DNA of 63,849 nucleotides, filler included, from Lama guanicoe (Eukaryota), in the NCBI GenBank assembly GCA_013239625.1. It is 209 parts of 209 records of this genome, joined end to end, with 100 filler letters (N's around TTAATTAATTAA, not from the genome) between each part and the next. Parts side by side here need not be neighbours in the genome. Positions count along the whole stretch, not along the records: positions 62,420 to 62,625 come from PNXV01033739.1; positions 62,726 to 62,931 come from PNXV01033740.1; positions 63,032 to 63,237 come from PNXV01033741.1; positions 63,338 to 63,543 come from PNXV01033742.1; positions 63,644 to 63,849 come from PNXV01033743.1; 204 more parts are not named here. One strand, 5' to 3'. The position numbers were made by a program, and so were the translations under genes. A model generated the notes under the pieces. The model saw only the letters and a program-made list of their open reading frames with translations. It was not told the DNA's origin and did no database searches. Positions 62,420-63,849 of the stretch are shown piece by piece. Each line of letters begins with the position of its first letter. Positions within the stretch are counted from its first letter, which is position 1.

Positions 62420-62505
62420 TTTGTTTATTTAATGGTACTGGGGATTGAACCCACGACTTCATGCATGCCGAGCATGCGCTCTACCACTGAGCTATACCCT
62501 ACCCC
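62420..62505 (-). mobile_element. Near full-length tRNA-Ala-derived SINE (Vic-1-like)
   Basis: Reverse complement reads ggggtagggtaTAGCTCAGTGGtagagcgcatgctcggcatgcatgaagtcgtgGGTTCAATCCccagtaccattaaataaacaaa; A and B boxes, a non-tRNA 5' G-rich extension and an A-rich tail. Confidence 0.92.
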
Positions 62506-63849
62506 CTCAAAAGTATTTCTTGAATGAATGAAAGAATGAATGGAATGAATCGAAGGACATAAAACCTTGCCATAGTCCCTTTATGTTACCCTATCTGGAT
62601 TAACAATAGTTACTGCTTCTAGATTNNNNNNNNNNNNNNNNNNNNNNNNNNNNNNNNNNNNNNNNNNNNTTAATTAATTAANNNNNNNNNNNNNNNNNNN
62701 NNNNNNNNNNNNNNNNNNNNNNNNNTTATGTGCTGGTTCCCTGGGGGAGTATCCCAGTGTTAGGTAAAACCCACAGGAGTATTTATGTGTAGTGGCAAAT
62801 GTGAGTACTGCGAAAGGCTATTTAAAGTATTTTATAAAGAACTTTATAAGAAAACTTTATAAGAAACTTTATTAAAAACTAGATTACTTTTGAAAACAAC
62901 CATGTCAATACCACACCAAAAAAGCAGAGAANNNNNNNNNNNNNNNNNNNNNNNNNNNNNNNNNNNNNNNNNNNNTTAATTAATTAANNNNNNNNNNNNN
63001 NNNNNNNNNNNNNNNNNNNNNNNNNNNNNNNGGATCCTATGTATTTCCCTAACTGCTTAGATTTATAGCTAAATTTAAAGTAAGACCCACACAAACAACA
63101 TCAGCAACAAATGTGAAAGAAAATGTAGTTGCCTCGAACTTTTTGTTTAACTCAGTTTAATGTAATTAATCAGCTTTACTTCTGGATACTAGTACATGAT
63201 ATTTCAGATTTTTGTCATCATGTCTGTAATGAAATTANNNNNNNNNNNNNNNNNNNNNNNNNNNNNNNNNNNNNNNNNNNNTTAATTAATTAANNNNNNN
63301 NNNNNNNNNNNNNNNNNNNNNNNNNNNNNNNNNNNNNAGCAGGGAACACAGCAGGATCAGCTGTCCTGGGTTAAAAGTTGGAATGAAAACAGATCATCAT
63401 GAGTGATGGGAAGGTTACATGTACGCTATCGTTCTCTTATACAGACGCAAATTCCAATCAGTCCTCGAGATAAACTAGTTTTCATATTAGTATAAGATGA
63501 ATTTCAAATCCATTCTCTTCTATTGTTCTTAAAGCTTCTTCCTNNNNNNNNNNNNNNNNNNNNNNNNNNNNNNNNNNNNNNNNNNNNTTAATTAATTAAN
63601 NNNNNNNNNNNNNNNNNNNNNNNNNNNNNNNNNNNNNNNNNNNTTACCAGAAGATTTTTGGAAGCTATTTTTAGGTCTTATCCCTCTTACATCTATCTAA
63701 ATCACTTGTTCTCAACAATTATGTTTAGATTACCCACAAGACTTCATGACAAATTTTGCAAAAGAGATAATACAAATTTATTTGACTTTTGGTAAACCTA
63801 GGGAGAATAAAAGTTTTATATTCAATGCTAATAAGATGTGTCTACTTTA

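Noticed and set aside
251..63599. Regularly spaced TTAATTAATTAA with unique inserts as a CRISPR-like or integron-like array
   Set aside because: The repeat sits inside fixed N44 padding and is a six-frame-stop linker. The inserts are unrelated mammalian genomic fragments and no cas or integrase genes are present.

Overview
This window is not contiguous genome. It is an artificial concatenation of 209 tiny contigs (204 of 206 bp, 5 of 205 bp). Each is joined to the next by the same 100-bp spacer, N44-TTAATTAATTAA-N44, which is palindromic and puts a stop in all six frames. Adjacency between fragments therefore has no biological meaning, and almost every ORF in the supplied track is an artefact running into the spacer. 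The DNA is eutherian mammal, most likely a camelid, judged from a young tRNA-Ala-derived SINE and artiodactyl-type L1 3' ends. Recognisable content: many L1, MIR, MaLR/ERV and hAT fragments; the 3' end of a replication-dependent histone H2B gene with stem-loop and HDE; a FUT1-like fragment and an ANO6-like exon, each with a 1-bp frameshift; a ~267-bp satellite that can be rebuilt from two circularly permuted contigs; a 7-bp-period satellite; and four pairs of de Bruijn bubble arms with exactly 49 identical bases at each end. I find no support for a multi-gene novel system. All family assignments are from recalled sequences, not database searches.
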